In this document: in pieces, positions 40,373 to 50,035 of the stretch
How the letters are laid out: each line of letters begins with the position of its first letter
How positions within the stretch are numbered: position 1 is the stretch's first letter
From: a virus
Reading direction: 5' to 3' (one strand)
Virus record (IMG/VR): IMGVR_UViG_3300030098_001484
Location: 3,000-66,999 of that record
DNA length: 64,000 nucleotides
Translations under genes and position numbers: made by a program
Notes under the pieces: generated by a model
Told to the model about the DNA's origin: nothing
Seen by the model: only the letters and a program-made list of their open reading frames with translations
Databases searched by the model: none

Positions 40373-40537
40373 CTACTTTCCCTCTATCTTTCTAATTCTA
40401 TGTTCGTGGTCAGATATCATGTCGGAGAATCTTCGCATCTCCGCAGCTAAACTGCCCAACTGTTGATTCATTTGCCACAGCATTGTAATAATGCCTGTGC
40501 CTACAATAATTTCTATTAACGGAAACACATCTATCAT
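40373..40537 (-). CDS. Small TM/coiled-coil protein (54 aa, not in ORF track)
   Basis: MIDVFPLIEIIVGTGIITMLWQMNQQLGSLAAEMRRFSDMISDHEHRIRKIEGK. Confidence 0.65.
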   Translation of the reverse strand: MIDVFPLIEIIVGTGIITMLWQMNQQLGSLAAEMRRFSDMISDHEHRIRKIEGK

Positions 40538-40561
40538 TTTTAAGACCCCCCTTCTTTATAT

Positions 40562-40681
40562 CTAATCCTTTGACCAAGGAAGCTTCTTTGAAACCCACTT
40601 ATACATAGGCTGGCCCATTAATGCACCAGCTACAAAAACTACAATACAATAAAAAACGTGTGCAAGAACTGAACTAAACAT
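40562..40681 (-). CDS. Small membrane protein (39 aa, not in ORF track)
   Basis: MFSSVLAHVFYCIVVFVAGALMGQPMYKWVSKKLPWSKD; AAGGAG RBS. Confidence 0.65.
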   Translation of the reverse strand: MFSSVLAHVFYCIVVFVAGALMGQPMYKWVSKKLPWSKD

Positions 40682-41096
40682 TAACTATCTCCTTAATTTT
40701 AATATCATCATCATTAATTATTCGGACAATGATACGCCATCCCCAAGCTAAACTGATAGCCCCCGTGATGACAACCACAGGAATAAATATCCATGCGGCA
40801 TATAACGCTATTAAATAGTTGACTATGATCATGGAAACTCCTCCGATGACCCCACGCCAACCCATAGATCCCCTTGTTAATACGAGTAAAACCATACCCG
40901 CTAACAAACAAAACCCACCAATAACACTTAAGATTGATAGATTGTTAAATCCTTGAATTTGTTCGATAGTAGAAGCAGCAGTAGCCGACACATTTTGTGG
41001 TACAACTGTCGATATACTAGGCTTTACAAAAGGTGAACATCCTATAAGAAAAAAACTACTTAGTACGCTTAGCCATAGGCTTTTTCTTTTTACCAT
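40674..41096 (-). CDS. Lipoprotein with additional TM helices
   Basis: Signal plus LIGC lipobox; 2-3 hydrophobic helices. Confidence 0.7.
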   Translation of the reverse strand: MVKRKSLWLSVLSSFFLIGCSPFVKPSISTVVPQNVSATAASTIEQIQGFNNLSILSVIGGFCLLAGMVLLVLTRGSMGWRGVIGGVSMIIVNYLIALYAAWIFIPVVVITGAISLAWGWRIIVRIINDDDIKIKEIVNV

Positions 41097-41163
41097 TACC
41101 TACTACCTTTTTCTTTGGTGGTCTTCCTCGTTTACTTCCATATGTTCCTTTTCCATGTGGCAT
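41056..41163 (-). CDS. Small basic protein
   Basis: MPHGKGTYGSKRGRPPKKK; AAGGAG RBS. Confidence 0.6.
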   Translation of the reverse strand: MPHGKGTYGSKRGRPPKKKVVGNGKKKKPMAKRTK

Positions 41164-41266
41164 TTTAACTTTCTCCTTTTCATGAGTAATTTTATACATT
41201 AATTGTGGATTAGTATCCATGAACGTCATCACAATGAGACGAAGCATTTCAATCAATAAGAACCCC

Positions 41267-42844
41267 CTATCTTAAAGTAATATCTTCCTTTGTCCAAACC
41301 GTGTCCCATCTTTTGGGGGTAGCAAATCCCCTAGATTCTAACATTTTATTTCTAACATCTAAACAGTTTTGTAATGTAGTTGGCCCAATAATATGTGTAC
41401 TATGATTAGCCTTTAGACTATAATTAGCATCGCTTTCTGAGGCTTTACCTAAGTTTGGAGGAAGCTCTACAACAGCTAAAAATACATCAGTTAACTCAAC
41501 TGCCCCTTCTGCGTCTTCGTCTATATCTGTTTTCCAAACATCTAATTTAAAACTAAGAGTAGTTCCTTTAGTTATACTACTTAAAGATGCGGGAGGTACT
41601 GTGGAAAACCAACTTAAATTATTATCGTAGTCTGGAGAAACAGAGGGACTGTCACCTTTCCATCGTAAGGTACTAGTATTTTGCTGATCATCATCACCAA
41701 ATCTAGCATAGGTTCCGCCACTAACTTTCCACTGAACATCAGTAAAGAATCTTTGTTTCCTTCTATAAGCACCGCTGTCAGGTAAGTTTCCTACTCCGCC
41801 TTGAAACACTAAAAATTTAGGGGAAGAATATTTAACAGGAACTGAAGTTAACTCAGCAGCAACTACTTTAGTATCGTTAGCAGTACTTGTATTTACACTT
41901 ACATTTGAGGTAAAGGTTGTGCTTACAAACCTATCTAACCGAATACCCCAAACTTTACTATGCTGTGTAGTGTTATAACTGTTTCCGCTTCTAGCAGCCG
42001 GAGCCGATTCATCATTTGAATATACTTTAACATTCCAAGCAGTATCACTAAGATCGTTGTTTATTACAGTTAAAAAATTTAAGACGTTCTCTTCGTTGTT
42101 TTTAGTAGCGTCAAGGAAAACTGTTTCTCCACCTAAAACATTTGACTCAGCATCAGAAATGATTGTAATGGCATTAAAATTATCAGCATTGTTACACTTA
42201 TATTGAAGTGCAGTACCAAGAAGCCAAGCACCTTTATTATCCTTAGTTAAGTTTAATGTAGCGGATTCTCTTTCTACTGCGCTAGTAGAGTTTGTCGAGT
42301 TTGTAGTATTTTCCTCAAAGAAATAATCATTACCCTCATTTAAATTCGTCAAATCAAAGAGTATCATTTGTGCATATTCTTGCGTTGCTTGTGTATTTCC
42401 GGCTAAATGTTCTAAAAATACTATTGGACCGTTTGTACTTGTACTACTAGCAGTAAACTTAGTAACAAAATTATATGTCATAAAATGATCTGCATCTGGC
42501 GGAGACTTTCTATCAACATGTTTCATTAATGAGCCATCTAAAACTACGTTTGATCCTGTGCTTCTTTCTAAGACAGTTATTTGTAAATCGTCATTTAAAT
42601 CTGCTAGTTGATATCTAACTGTAACGAAAAGTAAATAACTTCTACCAGACTCAATCCAACCAGTGCCTATATCTGTAGTAGCTAAAGATTGTGTAGCTGG
42701 AATAGCATATATTGTGTTATCTTCTTCGTACTTTATAGGTTCAGGAATTGTTTGTGCAATTTCTAAACGACACAGAGGTTTATCTATAGGCCAAGGTTTT
42801 CTTGGTCCTGTTGTACTAGTTGAACTAGGAGTATATGTACCCAT
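41267..42844 (-). CDS. Putative virion structural protein (beta-rich)
   Basis: 525 aa, Thr/Ser/Asn-rich, in head module. Confidence 0.6.
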   Translation of the reverse strand: MGTYTPSSTSTTGPRKPWPIDKPLCRLEIAQTIPEPIKYEEDNTIYAIPATQSLATTDIGTGWIESGRSYLLFVTVRYQLADLNDDLQITVLERSTGSNVVLDGSLMKHVDRKSPPDADHFMTYNFVTKFTASSTSTNGPIVFLEHLAGNTQATQEYAQMILFDLTNLNEGNDYFFEENTTNSTNSTSAVERESATLNLTKDNKGAWLLGTALQYKCNNADNFNAITIISDAESNVLGGETVFLDATKNNEENVLNFLTVINNDLSDTAWNVKVYSNDESAPAARSGNSYNTTQHSKVWGIRLDRFVSTTFTSNVSVNTSTANDTKVVAAELTSVPVKYSSPKFLVFQGGVGNLPDSGAYRRKQRFFTDVQWKVSGGTYARFGDDDQQNTSTLRWKGDSPSVSPDYDNNLSWFSTVPPASLSSITKGTTLSFKLDVWKTDIDEDAEGAVELTDVFLAVVELPPNLGKASESDANYSLKANHSTHIIGPTTLQNCLDVRNKMLESRGFATPKRWDTVWTKEDITLR

Positions 42845-42856
42845 AGAATCCTCCTA

Positions 42857-43288
42857 TCAAGCTGGTGGTAATAAGTAGAAGAACGTAAGCGTCCCGCTGT
42901 TACCCCAAGTTAATCCGCTTGCATTTGCTACAACTCTAAAATAAGGTACATCGGTACTAGTAAAGTCTGCTAATGCCATCTTTAGTCCAGTAACATTAGG
43001 AGTAATATCTGACGATAAAGTAGCAAAGGTATCGGTAAAGTTAACACCATCATGTGAAAGCTCGATTGTCAACGTAGAAGCTACATCCGAAAAACCACTC
43101 TTTACATCAATACCTACCATGATTTTCTTACCATTAAACGCAGTAGTACTGATTGCAGGAGAAGCAAGAATATCACTGGTTCCACCACCAGATAAAGTTG
43201 AAATGGCGGGAGAAGTTGAAGTCTCATACTTAGTATAAGTATTGACTGTCGAGGTTCCCCACTCAGATTCTAATGTAAAAGTTGCCAT
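42857..43288 (-). CDS. Putative head decoration protein, paralog B
   Basis: KKIMVGIDV..LTIELSHDGVNF..VPYFRV. Confidence 0.6.
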   Translation of the reverse strand: MATFTLESEWGTSTVNTYTKYETSTSPAISTLSGGGTSDILASPAISTTAFNGKKIMVGIDVKSGFSDVASTLTIELSHDGVNFTDTFATLSSDITPNVTGLKMALADFTSTDVPYFRVVANASGLTWGNSGTLTFFYLLPPA

Positions 43289-43298
43289 CTATAATCTC

Positions 43299-43727
43299 CT
43301 ATGATGTACTTAAAGCATAGGCAGTTTTAACAGAACCGCCTGTGTATGAGCCTGCTGAAATCGACGCAGCACTCTCGTTAATAATAAATCTCCAATAAGG
43401 AGCATAAATGTCAGAAACATCGGCAACAAAAACTTTAGTGGCTCCAGCCGTAAGACCAATACCTGCTGTAATAGTCTGGGCATTTACCCAATTTGTACCA
43501 TCAGGGGACACTTGTATTTTTAGATCCGAGTCTGCATTAAACCTAACTACTATTTCAATAGCTACTACCAATTTCTTATTAGCTAAGGTATGACTGATAG
43601 TACTAGTAGCAATATTATCATCAGCAGACGAAAGAGCGGATGTTCCAGCACTTGAGGAATACTTAGCATAACCTGAAGGCATTCCTGCTGTTGTTGTAGT
43701 ATTTATAGTTGATGTTACTGTTGCCAT
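43299..43727 (-). CDS. Putative head decoration protein, paralog A
   Basis: KKLVVAIEI..LKIQVSPDGTNW..APYWRF. Confidence 0.6.
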   Translation of the reverse strand: MATVTSTINTTTTAGMPSGYAKYSSSAGTSALSSADDNIATSTISHTLANKKLVVAIEIVVRFNADSDLKIQVSPDGTNWVNAQTITAGIGLTAGATKVFVADVSDIYAPYWRFIINESAASISAGSYTGGSVKTAYALSTS

Positions 43728-45352
43728 TAAATAGCTCCTCCTGAAATCTGAGACACTTGTTCTGCAAGTTCAGGGTTTTGCTGTAGTATCTGTTGAATAC
43801 CTTGACCACCTGTTTCTTGTAGATCTTGTGCGGCTAGTTGTCCTACAGCCCCAGCACCTTGTTGTGCTAATTGCTGCTGAATTCCAGCTTGAGTTTGAAT
43901 TTGCTGCTGTTCTTTCATCATTTCCATTTTTTCTTGTTGTACTTCTTCTGGGTTTTTAATCCAATTATTTGAATCAAAACCTATAGAAGTTACTAAAGAT
44001 TTAGCATATTCTTCCCACTTAAATAACTCTAATGCTTGTGGAGGTAAGTTCTTTACCATCTCTCCCATCTGTAAAAGCTTGTTTAAATCTGTATCTCTAC
44101 TTAGGGCTTGTAATCCAGTCACAATCTCCACTGTTAATAAACCATCTTCAGAAAATTGTTCGCCTAATCGCGGATCAATCTCTTGATTTTCTAACATTAA
44201 GAAAACGGTACGTCTAACAATAGGCTCCATTAAATCTCTCGATATAGCTGAAAACGCTCCGCCTAAAACAGTTTCTAATTCTGAACCGATCATTCTAACA
44301 GCCGTTGCTGTAACTCTGTCTCCGCTTGGTATTGCTGAACCTGCAAGTAAGAAAGCGTTTCCAACTTCCCGTCTCATATTTTCAACACCCATTTGAGTAG
44401 ACTGTATTTGAGGATTCATTGTACCTGAAGGCGTTAGTGTAAATACATCTTGTTGTCTTGCAGAAACAAAACCTCCATTAGAAGTTCTAGCAATATCATC
44501 TAGCTCTGTTAAACCTGCTGGATCAATCCCAATCCAGAAGGCAGACCCCGCCGCAGTACCTTCAATTAAAGCTTCGGTAAAAGATTCTAAGGTTTGAATA
44601 TCACCTATGATGTCTTCACAATGTGAACGACCATAGTTTTCACCAGCAACCATAGCCCATCTTAAAGGTATAACAGGAGAGACCTTAAAAGAACCAGAAG
44701 TTATATTAGTTCCTTCTTCATCCTCAGAAGTTTGGTCCCAACTTCCGTCCTCATTTAAAGTTAATCTAACGTATAAAGTATCATAACCTTTTTTACTGTG
44801 TTGACCGCTATGATAATATCCATTCATTATAGTATCATCATTATCCTTTGCTATAAACTCTAGGTATATAATCTCTTGTACGTTACCGTCTACATCTCTT
44901 CGTAAAACAAAGTGATCTTTCCTAATAACTCTGAAATTAAAGTCATCTTCTTGTACAACTAAAACGTCGCCTGTAACCAATAAGTGTTGTAAAGCTAAGT
45001 AAATAGTTTCTCTAAGATTTTTACTGGAGAGTTTATTATATGTCTGATATGAAAGAGTTTCAAGAAAATTCTCTATTTCTTGGGAGGGTTCCATACCCGT
45101 GGATAACTCAAACTTAAAAAAAGGAGCATCGTTTAATGGTAACATAGCGGAAAGAATTTTACTAGCCATGTTAGTTACACCACGGGCAGGAACCGACGAA
45201 TACGGTTGGGGGAGTTGATCTTCTTCGGTTAATCCTTCAGGCGGAAGCAACGAAGGAATTGTGAGTGCTGCGCATTTTCTAGCACGCTCTAGTCCCATTG
45301 TTCGCTGACCATCTAATAGTCGCCAGCGTTCTAAATTAGTTTCTTCAGCCAT
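43727..45352 (-). CDS. Portal / head-tail connector (gp8-like)
   Basis: ALTIPSL, ARGVTNMASK...PFF, PLRW...GENYGRS, RVTATAVR. Confidence 0.96.
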   Translation of the reverse strand: MAEETNLERWRLLDGQRTMGLERARKCAALTIPSLLPPEGLTEEDQLPQPYSSVPARGVTNMASKILSAMLPLNDAPFFKFELSTGMEPSQEIENFLETLSYQTYNKLSSKNLRETIYLALQHLLVTGDVLVVQEDDFNFRVIRKDHFVLRRDVDGNVQEIIYLEFIAKDNDDTIMNGYYHSGQHSKKGYDTLYVRLTLNEDGSWDQTSEDEEGTNITSGSFKVSPVIPLRWAMVAGENYGRSHCEDIIGDIQTLESFTEALIEGTAAGSAFWIGIDPAGLTELDDIARTSNGGFVSARQQDVFTLTPSGTMNPQIQSTQMGVENMRREVGNAFLLAGSAIPSGDRVTATAVRMIGSELETVLGGAFSAISRDLMEPIVRRTVFLMLENQEIDPRLGEQFSEDGLLTVEIVTGLQALSRDTDLNKLLQMGEMVKNLPPQALELFKWEEYAKSLVTSIGFDSNNWIKNPEEVQQEKMEMMKEQQQIQTQAGIQQQLAQQGAGAVGQLAAQDLQETGGQGIQQILQQNPELAEQVSQISGGAI

Positions 45353-45369
45353 GATTATCTCCTAATTAA

Positions 45370-45750
45370 TCAATAATAATCGTCTTCATCTTCATCATAA
45401 TCATCATCATAATACTCATCATCATCTATTAAACCATAGAAGCCGTATAAGAAATCATCAATATCTTGACCGGGAGCAGTAGGATCTTGTATAACTTCTG
45501 CCTCTTCTTGAGCCTGTTCTTCATCTTCAGCAATTGCTTCTTCTTCCATCTCCTGTTCAAGTATTTCTTGTTCCATAGCTTCATCTGCCATGTCTATCAT
45601 TTGCTGTTCTTGCTCTAAAACCTGATCCATTGCTGCATCATAGGCCGCTTCTTCTTCGAGTCTTGCTTGATCCATAAAAGAATCATAAGCTGCTGTCTGC
45701 TCGATAGGTTGCGGTATGTTAATGGCTGGCATGTCTCCACTACCTCCCAT
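45370..45750 (-). CDS. Highly acidic small protein before portal
   Basis: 126 aa, Asp/Glu-rich, MGG start (gp7.3 position). Confidence 0.65.
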   Translation of the reverse strand: MGGSGDMPAINIPQPIEQTAAYDSFMDQARLEEEAAYDAAMDQVLEQEQQMIDMADEAMEQEILEQEMEEEAIAEDEEQAQEEAEVIQDPTAPGQDIDDFLYGFYGLIDDDEYYDDDYDEDEDDYY

Positions 45751-45767
45751 AATCAGTCTCCTTTCTA

Positions 45768-46646
45768 CTAGACCGGACGTTTACCCGCAGCGGTATATTT
45801 ACCTGCTCCACTACCCGGAGTTGTATAAGCCCTTACAGGGGCGGTTCTTCTCGAAACGCGGGAAACAGCTTTACCTCTGCCCGGCTTTCTTGGTTTTGCT
45901 TGAGATAAAGACTCTGCACTAGCCATTGCGGCAAAAGTTTTACCTCTATTAGCCATTTCTCTTTTACGATCTTGTTTTGCTGACTGTGTTAATTCATGGT
46001 GTCGTCTCATTTTTGCAGCAGCACGGGCTTCGTTTCTCTTCTTAATTCTTTGTGCATCGGCAAATGCTTGCTGTTGCGCCTGTCTATTTGCCGCTTCTTG
46101 AGATCTCTGTATAGCTGCTAATCTATTTTTCTCTGCTTCAGCTTCATAAGCTTCTAACTGTTTTCTTGATCTTTCATCTGCATGAGCTTGTAACTGCCAC
46201 TGTAAATCTCTGTTTGCCATTCGTTCCTGCATTTGGAACTGCTGTGATTGAAGCTGCATTTGTGCTGCAAAGAATTGATCATAAAATTCAGGATATCCAG
46301 TATCAGGATTAATACTATTGGCTTCGCTTCCTACAGTGTACCTTTCAATATCCATCTCATAAGCATTAAAAGCGTCTTCTAAGATACTCATAATTTCTGG
46401 ATCTTCTACCATTTCTAAAGGTATTACTAATTCTCCCGGCGTAAGATGACCCATAGTTACGTCACCTCCCCGTCCCTCATCAGCCATCATAGTAATCTCT
46501 TCTTCAGTTGGCATAGGCATCTCGCCTTCCATCATACCCATATCCATAGCCGCATCGGTTTCTGGAGGGGGCATCATACCCATATCGGGTTCAGCCGCTG
46601 CCGCAGCTTGCTTTGCCTTAAGTTGTTCGTACATAGGATCAGCCAT
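45768..46646 (-). CDS. Putative virion-associated protein
   Basis: GRGGDVTMGHLTPGE...NSINPDTGYPEF then Gln/Ala/Arg helix. Confidence 0.7.
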   Translation of the reverse strand: MADPMYEQLKAKQAAAAAEPDMGMMPPPETDAAMDMGMMEGEMPMPTEEEITMMADEGRGGDVTMGHLTPGELVIPLEMVEDPEIMSILEDAFNAYEMDIERYTVGSEANSINPDTGYPEFYDQFFAAQMQLQSQQFQMQERMANRDLQWQLQAHADERSRKQLEAYEAEAEKNRLAAIQRSQEAANRQAQQQAFADAQRIKKRNEARAAAKMRRHHELTQSAKQDRKREMANRGKTFAAMASAESLSQAKPRKPGRGKAVSRVSRRTAPVRAYTTPGSGAGKYTAAGKRPV

Positions 46647-46830
46647 AGTATTCCCCTTTCTTCTGTTGTTCATAGATAAATCTAAGTTTTGATACTACGT
46701 CTCTTTGTCCACCACGAAATGCCCAAGACTCTTGGGTTTCGTCTGGATTATATTCAAGCGGAGGATAGAGATTCTCCAGCATCCTTACGAGTAGCTCGTC
46801 TATTACTGGAAACTTTTGTTTCTTTTTCAT
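46639..46830 (-). CDS. Conserved small podovirus protein
   Basis: PVIDELLVRMLENLYP...GQRDVV. Confidence 0.7.
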   Translation of the reverse strand: MKKKQKFPVIDELLVRMLENLYPPLEYNPDETQESWAFRGGQRDVVSKLRFIYEQQKKGEYYG

Positions 46831-46942
46831 TGTCTCTATCCTCTAAGGTTTTAATTCTTTTATCCATATCCCGTAACATTTGGACAACTTGTAATGTATT
46901 AAGTTTTCCATTAATTTGTAATTGTTTATAAGGATCTAACAT
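46754..46942 (-). CDS. Hypothetical small protein
   Basis: 62 aa, starts immediately after the RNR stop. Confidence 0.5.
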   Translation of the reverse strand: MLDPYKQLQINGKLNTLQVVQMLRDMDKRIKTLEDRDNEKETKVSSNRRATRKDAGESLSSA

Positions 46943-46943
46943 A

Positions 46944-48842
46944 TCAACTCTCCACTAAATCTACTACTTCACAAGATCCACCAGAACAAGCAAGAGTCTG
47001 GGTTCCTTTAGTAGTATCTTCTTCTTCGTATTCCGACAGCTTAGTAAAATCAACCAGAGGCATTCGGTCGGCCATCATTTTATAACGAACTTCGTCTATA
47101 GTCTCAAACGGAGCCTGTTCATAAACATGATCTACCTGTGGTAGGAAAGAGATTCCTTGAATATCATCGAAGTTTTCCCAGACCCATGCACCTACAGACA
47201 TAAACTCATTATCAGTGTAGTTTACTGTAATAGATGGATTGTGATCACACCAATGACTCTTATATACTCGCCACAATTCCAAGTGATCCAATGCTGACAC
47301 ATCATCGGCAACCCTTCCAAACTTGGGAGCCTGCATTGGGAATGAGAATACGGCAGTACTAGTAGGATTAAGTACACAATCTTCTACGGGAACTCCCTGA
47401 TCCTTCAAAAAGAAGAACAGAGGATCTTTCTTGTCAATTCGTACTCGTCTAATGTAGTACTTAGAATATCTTGGGTGAATTCCAGAAGAGGTATCACTAA
47501 GACAAGACACCGTACCGCTAGGCTTTACACAAGTAATGGCAGCCGAAGCATTGATACCGAGCTTCTCAGCCCACTTAGTGTTAACCCGTCTAGCAAACTC
47601 ACGCCATCGGTTAAGACGACCTGCTAATTTATTGAGTCCATCTTTACCCCACATAATAGGGTTATCATAGATGCCTGTAAAGGATACTCCGAGCAATCTT
47701 TCCTGCTCTACATTTTCCTTCCAATCATTTGAAAGATAAGGAAAGTAAGTAAAAGAAGATTGAATAGTACCGAGAATAGTAGCAGCCTCGATCTTCCTCT
47801 TGATGTCAGATATCTTATCATCGGGTCTAATTATAATCTCCGTTAAGTTACAGAACTGCTTAGGACGCAGGAGAATCTCAGCACATGGGTTTACACCATA
47901 CGCATATTCTGAACTACGGCCTAACCATTCGCACTGTTCTTGCGCTCCAGCACGATTAAAGATACCACGCTCTCCTGAGTGTGAATCATAGAGATCTCTC
48001 CACTCAGTCATGAATTCAGTAAGAGAAGGACGGCCATTATATACAGCCGAGTTATTAGCTAAGGATCTATGTCCTGAGCCTTCCCACCATGCACCACTCT
48101 TGCACTTGCCCATCTCTCTATCTGAAAGGTCAGACAAGGAGATCATAGCGGATCGTCGAACACCACCTACGATAATAGACTTAGCAATTACACAACAGAT
48201 ATCGTGACACTCAAGCGATGTCAGCTTTCTACCTTGAGCATTATCAAATACCTTAACAATGTATTTAAAGACAGCTTCTAACGGCTCTGGTCCTGAAGCC
48301 CTTCCACCAAAGGTGTTGAGTCTACTACCTGCGGGTCTGATTTGAGAGAGATCCCACGTAGGATGGACACCTTTGAGCCAGAGGTTTTCTAATAGCTCAT
48401 TACAGGCGTTAGCCCAGCCTTCCTTGGAATCCTCTACAGTAATCCTAACCTGCTTGACTCGTAAGATATTAGTAGGAATCTTAGGAAGTCTGTTTACGAC
48501 TTCGGACTCTACTGAGTACCCAACGCCTGTGCCATTCATCAGGATATACATTAACTCACTGAAAGAGCGAGGACTGTCGATCTCTAAATAAGAACAATTA
48601 TAAATGCATGTGTTGTCTCTGTCTGCCGCTTCTCCAGCGGTCATCAAAGCTCTCATACTAGGCATAATCTCATGCTTAAGAATCATGTCTCGAATGTTTT
48701 TATGGTCTGTAAGAACAGGATGCTTATCTTCCATCCAATTCCAATACCTATCTACGGTTTCTGTCCATGTCTCCCTACGCTGCTCGTCTTCAAGCCATCT
48801 AGCATAACGAGACACGGCTATAAAATTTCTAAATGTATCCAT
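46944..48842 (-). CDS. nrdJ: Class II (B12-dependent) ribonucleotide reductase
   Basis: PSMRALMTAG, YNCS, VGGVRRSA, NPCAEI, VKPSGT, C-terminal CSGGSCE; no beta-subunit gene. Confidence 0.92.
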   Translation of the reverse strand: MDTFRNFIAVSRYARWLEDEQRRETWTETVDRYWNWMEDKHPVLTDHKNIRDMILKHEIMPSMRALMTAGEAADRDNTCIYNCSYLEIDSPRSFSELMYILMNGTGVGYSVESEVVNRLPKIPTNILRVKQVRITVEDSKEGWANACNELLENLWLKGVHPTWDLSQIRPAGSRLNTFGGRASGPEPLEAVFKYIVKVFDNAQGRKLTSLECHDICCVIAKSIIVGGVRRSAMISLSDLSDREMGKCKSGAWWEGSGHRSLANNSAVYNGRPSLTEFMTEWRDLYDSHSGERGIFNRAGAQEQCEWLGRSSEYAYGVNPCAEILLRPKQFCNLTEIIIRPDDKISDIKRKIEAATILGTIQSSFTYFPYLSNDWKENVEQERLLGVSFTGIYDNPIMWGKDGLNKLAGRLNRWREFARRVNTKWAEKLGINASAAITCVKPSGTVSCLSDTSSGIHPRYSKYYIRRVRIDKKDPLFFFLKDQGVPVEDCVLNPTSTAVFSFPMQAPKFGRVADDVSALDHLELWRVYKSHWCDHNPSITVNYTDNEFMSVGAWVWENFDDIQGISFLPQVDHVYEQAPFETIDEVRYKMMADRMPLVDFTKLSEYEEEDTTKGTQTLACSGGSCEVVDLVES

Positions 48843-49276
48843 CAGTCTAACCCTGTACTCCCAAAGCCGCCAACACCTCTTCCTGTGTCAGCGAGTTCAA
48901 ACATATCATGTAATTCAGCCTTAGCAAAAGGCACAATAATAAGCTGAGCAACCCTCATACTAGAGGTAATCTCAAATGGCTCATCTGAAGAATTCTTCAA
49001 CAGTACAGCTACCTCTCCTCTGTAGTCACTATCAATGACTCCGATCCCATTAGCTAAATGGATTCCTGCCTGACCCAAGCCAGATCGAGAGGCCAACAAG
49101 CCGAAGTAACCCTCCGGTATGCTGATGCACAATCCTGTATCTACCTTAACCACTTCTCCGGGCTTGATAGTTTTCGCACCCTTTATAGCAGCCCGAAGAT
49201 CCATTCCAGCGGCCCCATCTGTAGAATAGGTGGGTTCGGGAATGTAATCTACGGTAGTTGTATAGTCGATTATCAT
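48842..49276 (-). CDS. dut: dUTPase
   Basis: AAGMDL, RSGL, GVIDSDYRGE, AQL, RGVGGFGSTG. Confidence 0.97.
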   Translation of the reverse strand: MIIDYTTTVDYIPEPTYSTDGAAGMDLRAAIKGAKTIKPGEVVKVDTGLCISIPEGYFGLLASRSGLGQAGIHLANGIGVIDSDYRGEVAVLLKNSSDEPFEITSSMRVAQLIIVPFAKAELHDMFELADTGRGVGGFGSTGLD

Positions 49277-49292
49277 ACTTGCTCCTTTTTGA

Positions 49293-49313
49293 TATACTAT
49301 TATACCCGGTTAT
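49293..49313 (-). promoter_or_regulatory. Phage promoter motif, copy 3
   Basis: ATAACCGGGTATAATAGTATA upstream of dUTPase. Confidence 0.85.
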
Positions 49314-50035
49314 AGGGCATATCTATCGGGAAGATCCCATAGTTTAATTTCATTAGTGTCTTTATCGTACTCGCCATCTCTTAAAATGCGTAAACATCGG
49401 GCTTGAGACAGGAAAAAGTCCATATCATTTCCTGCTTCCTCATAAGCCCACCATATTTCCCACCACCAATCCTCTGGATCAAAGGGTAGGATATTCTTTT
49501 CAAAGTAGTGCTTACCTTTTCTAAACAATCCAGTAATATTATCGGATACATCTCCAGTAATTAATTGACAGGCAAAGAACTTATCAGCTTCTTCTTCTGA
49601 TATAAAGATTGGCTCTGCTTCTTTCTCAGGATTCCAGTGCCATCCCGGTACACCCCTCAAATCTTTATCAATAGTCACGGCTATTGCTTTACCTGACGAT
49701 GCCCCTATACCCATTAGATCGTCGGCCTCAATACGAGACACATTACGGGTAGGTCCAATATCTTCTAAGATTTCTTTAGCAATTCCTAGGCTTTCTGGTT
49801 CTGGTTTTGTATCTCGATTAGCTTTGTATGATGGTAAGATTTGTCGTCTAAAGTTGTCGTACCTACTACAAGATCTAGCCAAATATACTTTCGACACGCC
49901 ATCAGGTGTCCAGTTTTCTATATCAAGTTTTAATCTACTTTCTAAGTCTTCAATACCTTCAGTGTCGGCCCAGAACGCCGCCTTATAAATTAAAATATCT
50001 CCATCGAGAATAGCAATATCAGGTTTCTGCATCAT
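49310..50035 (-). CDS. 5'-3' exonuclease (gp6-like)
   Basis: LDGDIL, YKANR, EADDLMG, TIDKDL, GDVSDNI. Confidence 0.93.
   Translation of the reverse strand: MMQKPDIAILDGDILIYKAAFWADTEGIEDLESRLKLDIENWTPDGVSKVYLARSCSRYDNFRRQILPSYKANRDTKPEPESLGIAKEILEDIGPTRNVSRIEADDLMGIGASSGKAIAVTIDKDLRGVPGWHWNPEKEAEPIFISEEEADKFFACQLITGDVSDNITGLFRKGKHYFEKNILPFDPEDWWWEIWWAYEEAGNDMDFFLSQARCLRILRDGEYDKDTNEIKLWDLPDRYAL

Noticed and set aside
40410-40598. 62-aa ORF in the track
   Set aside because: Two smaller ORFs in other frames have better RBS and protein-like TM sequences
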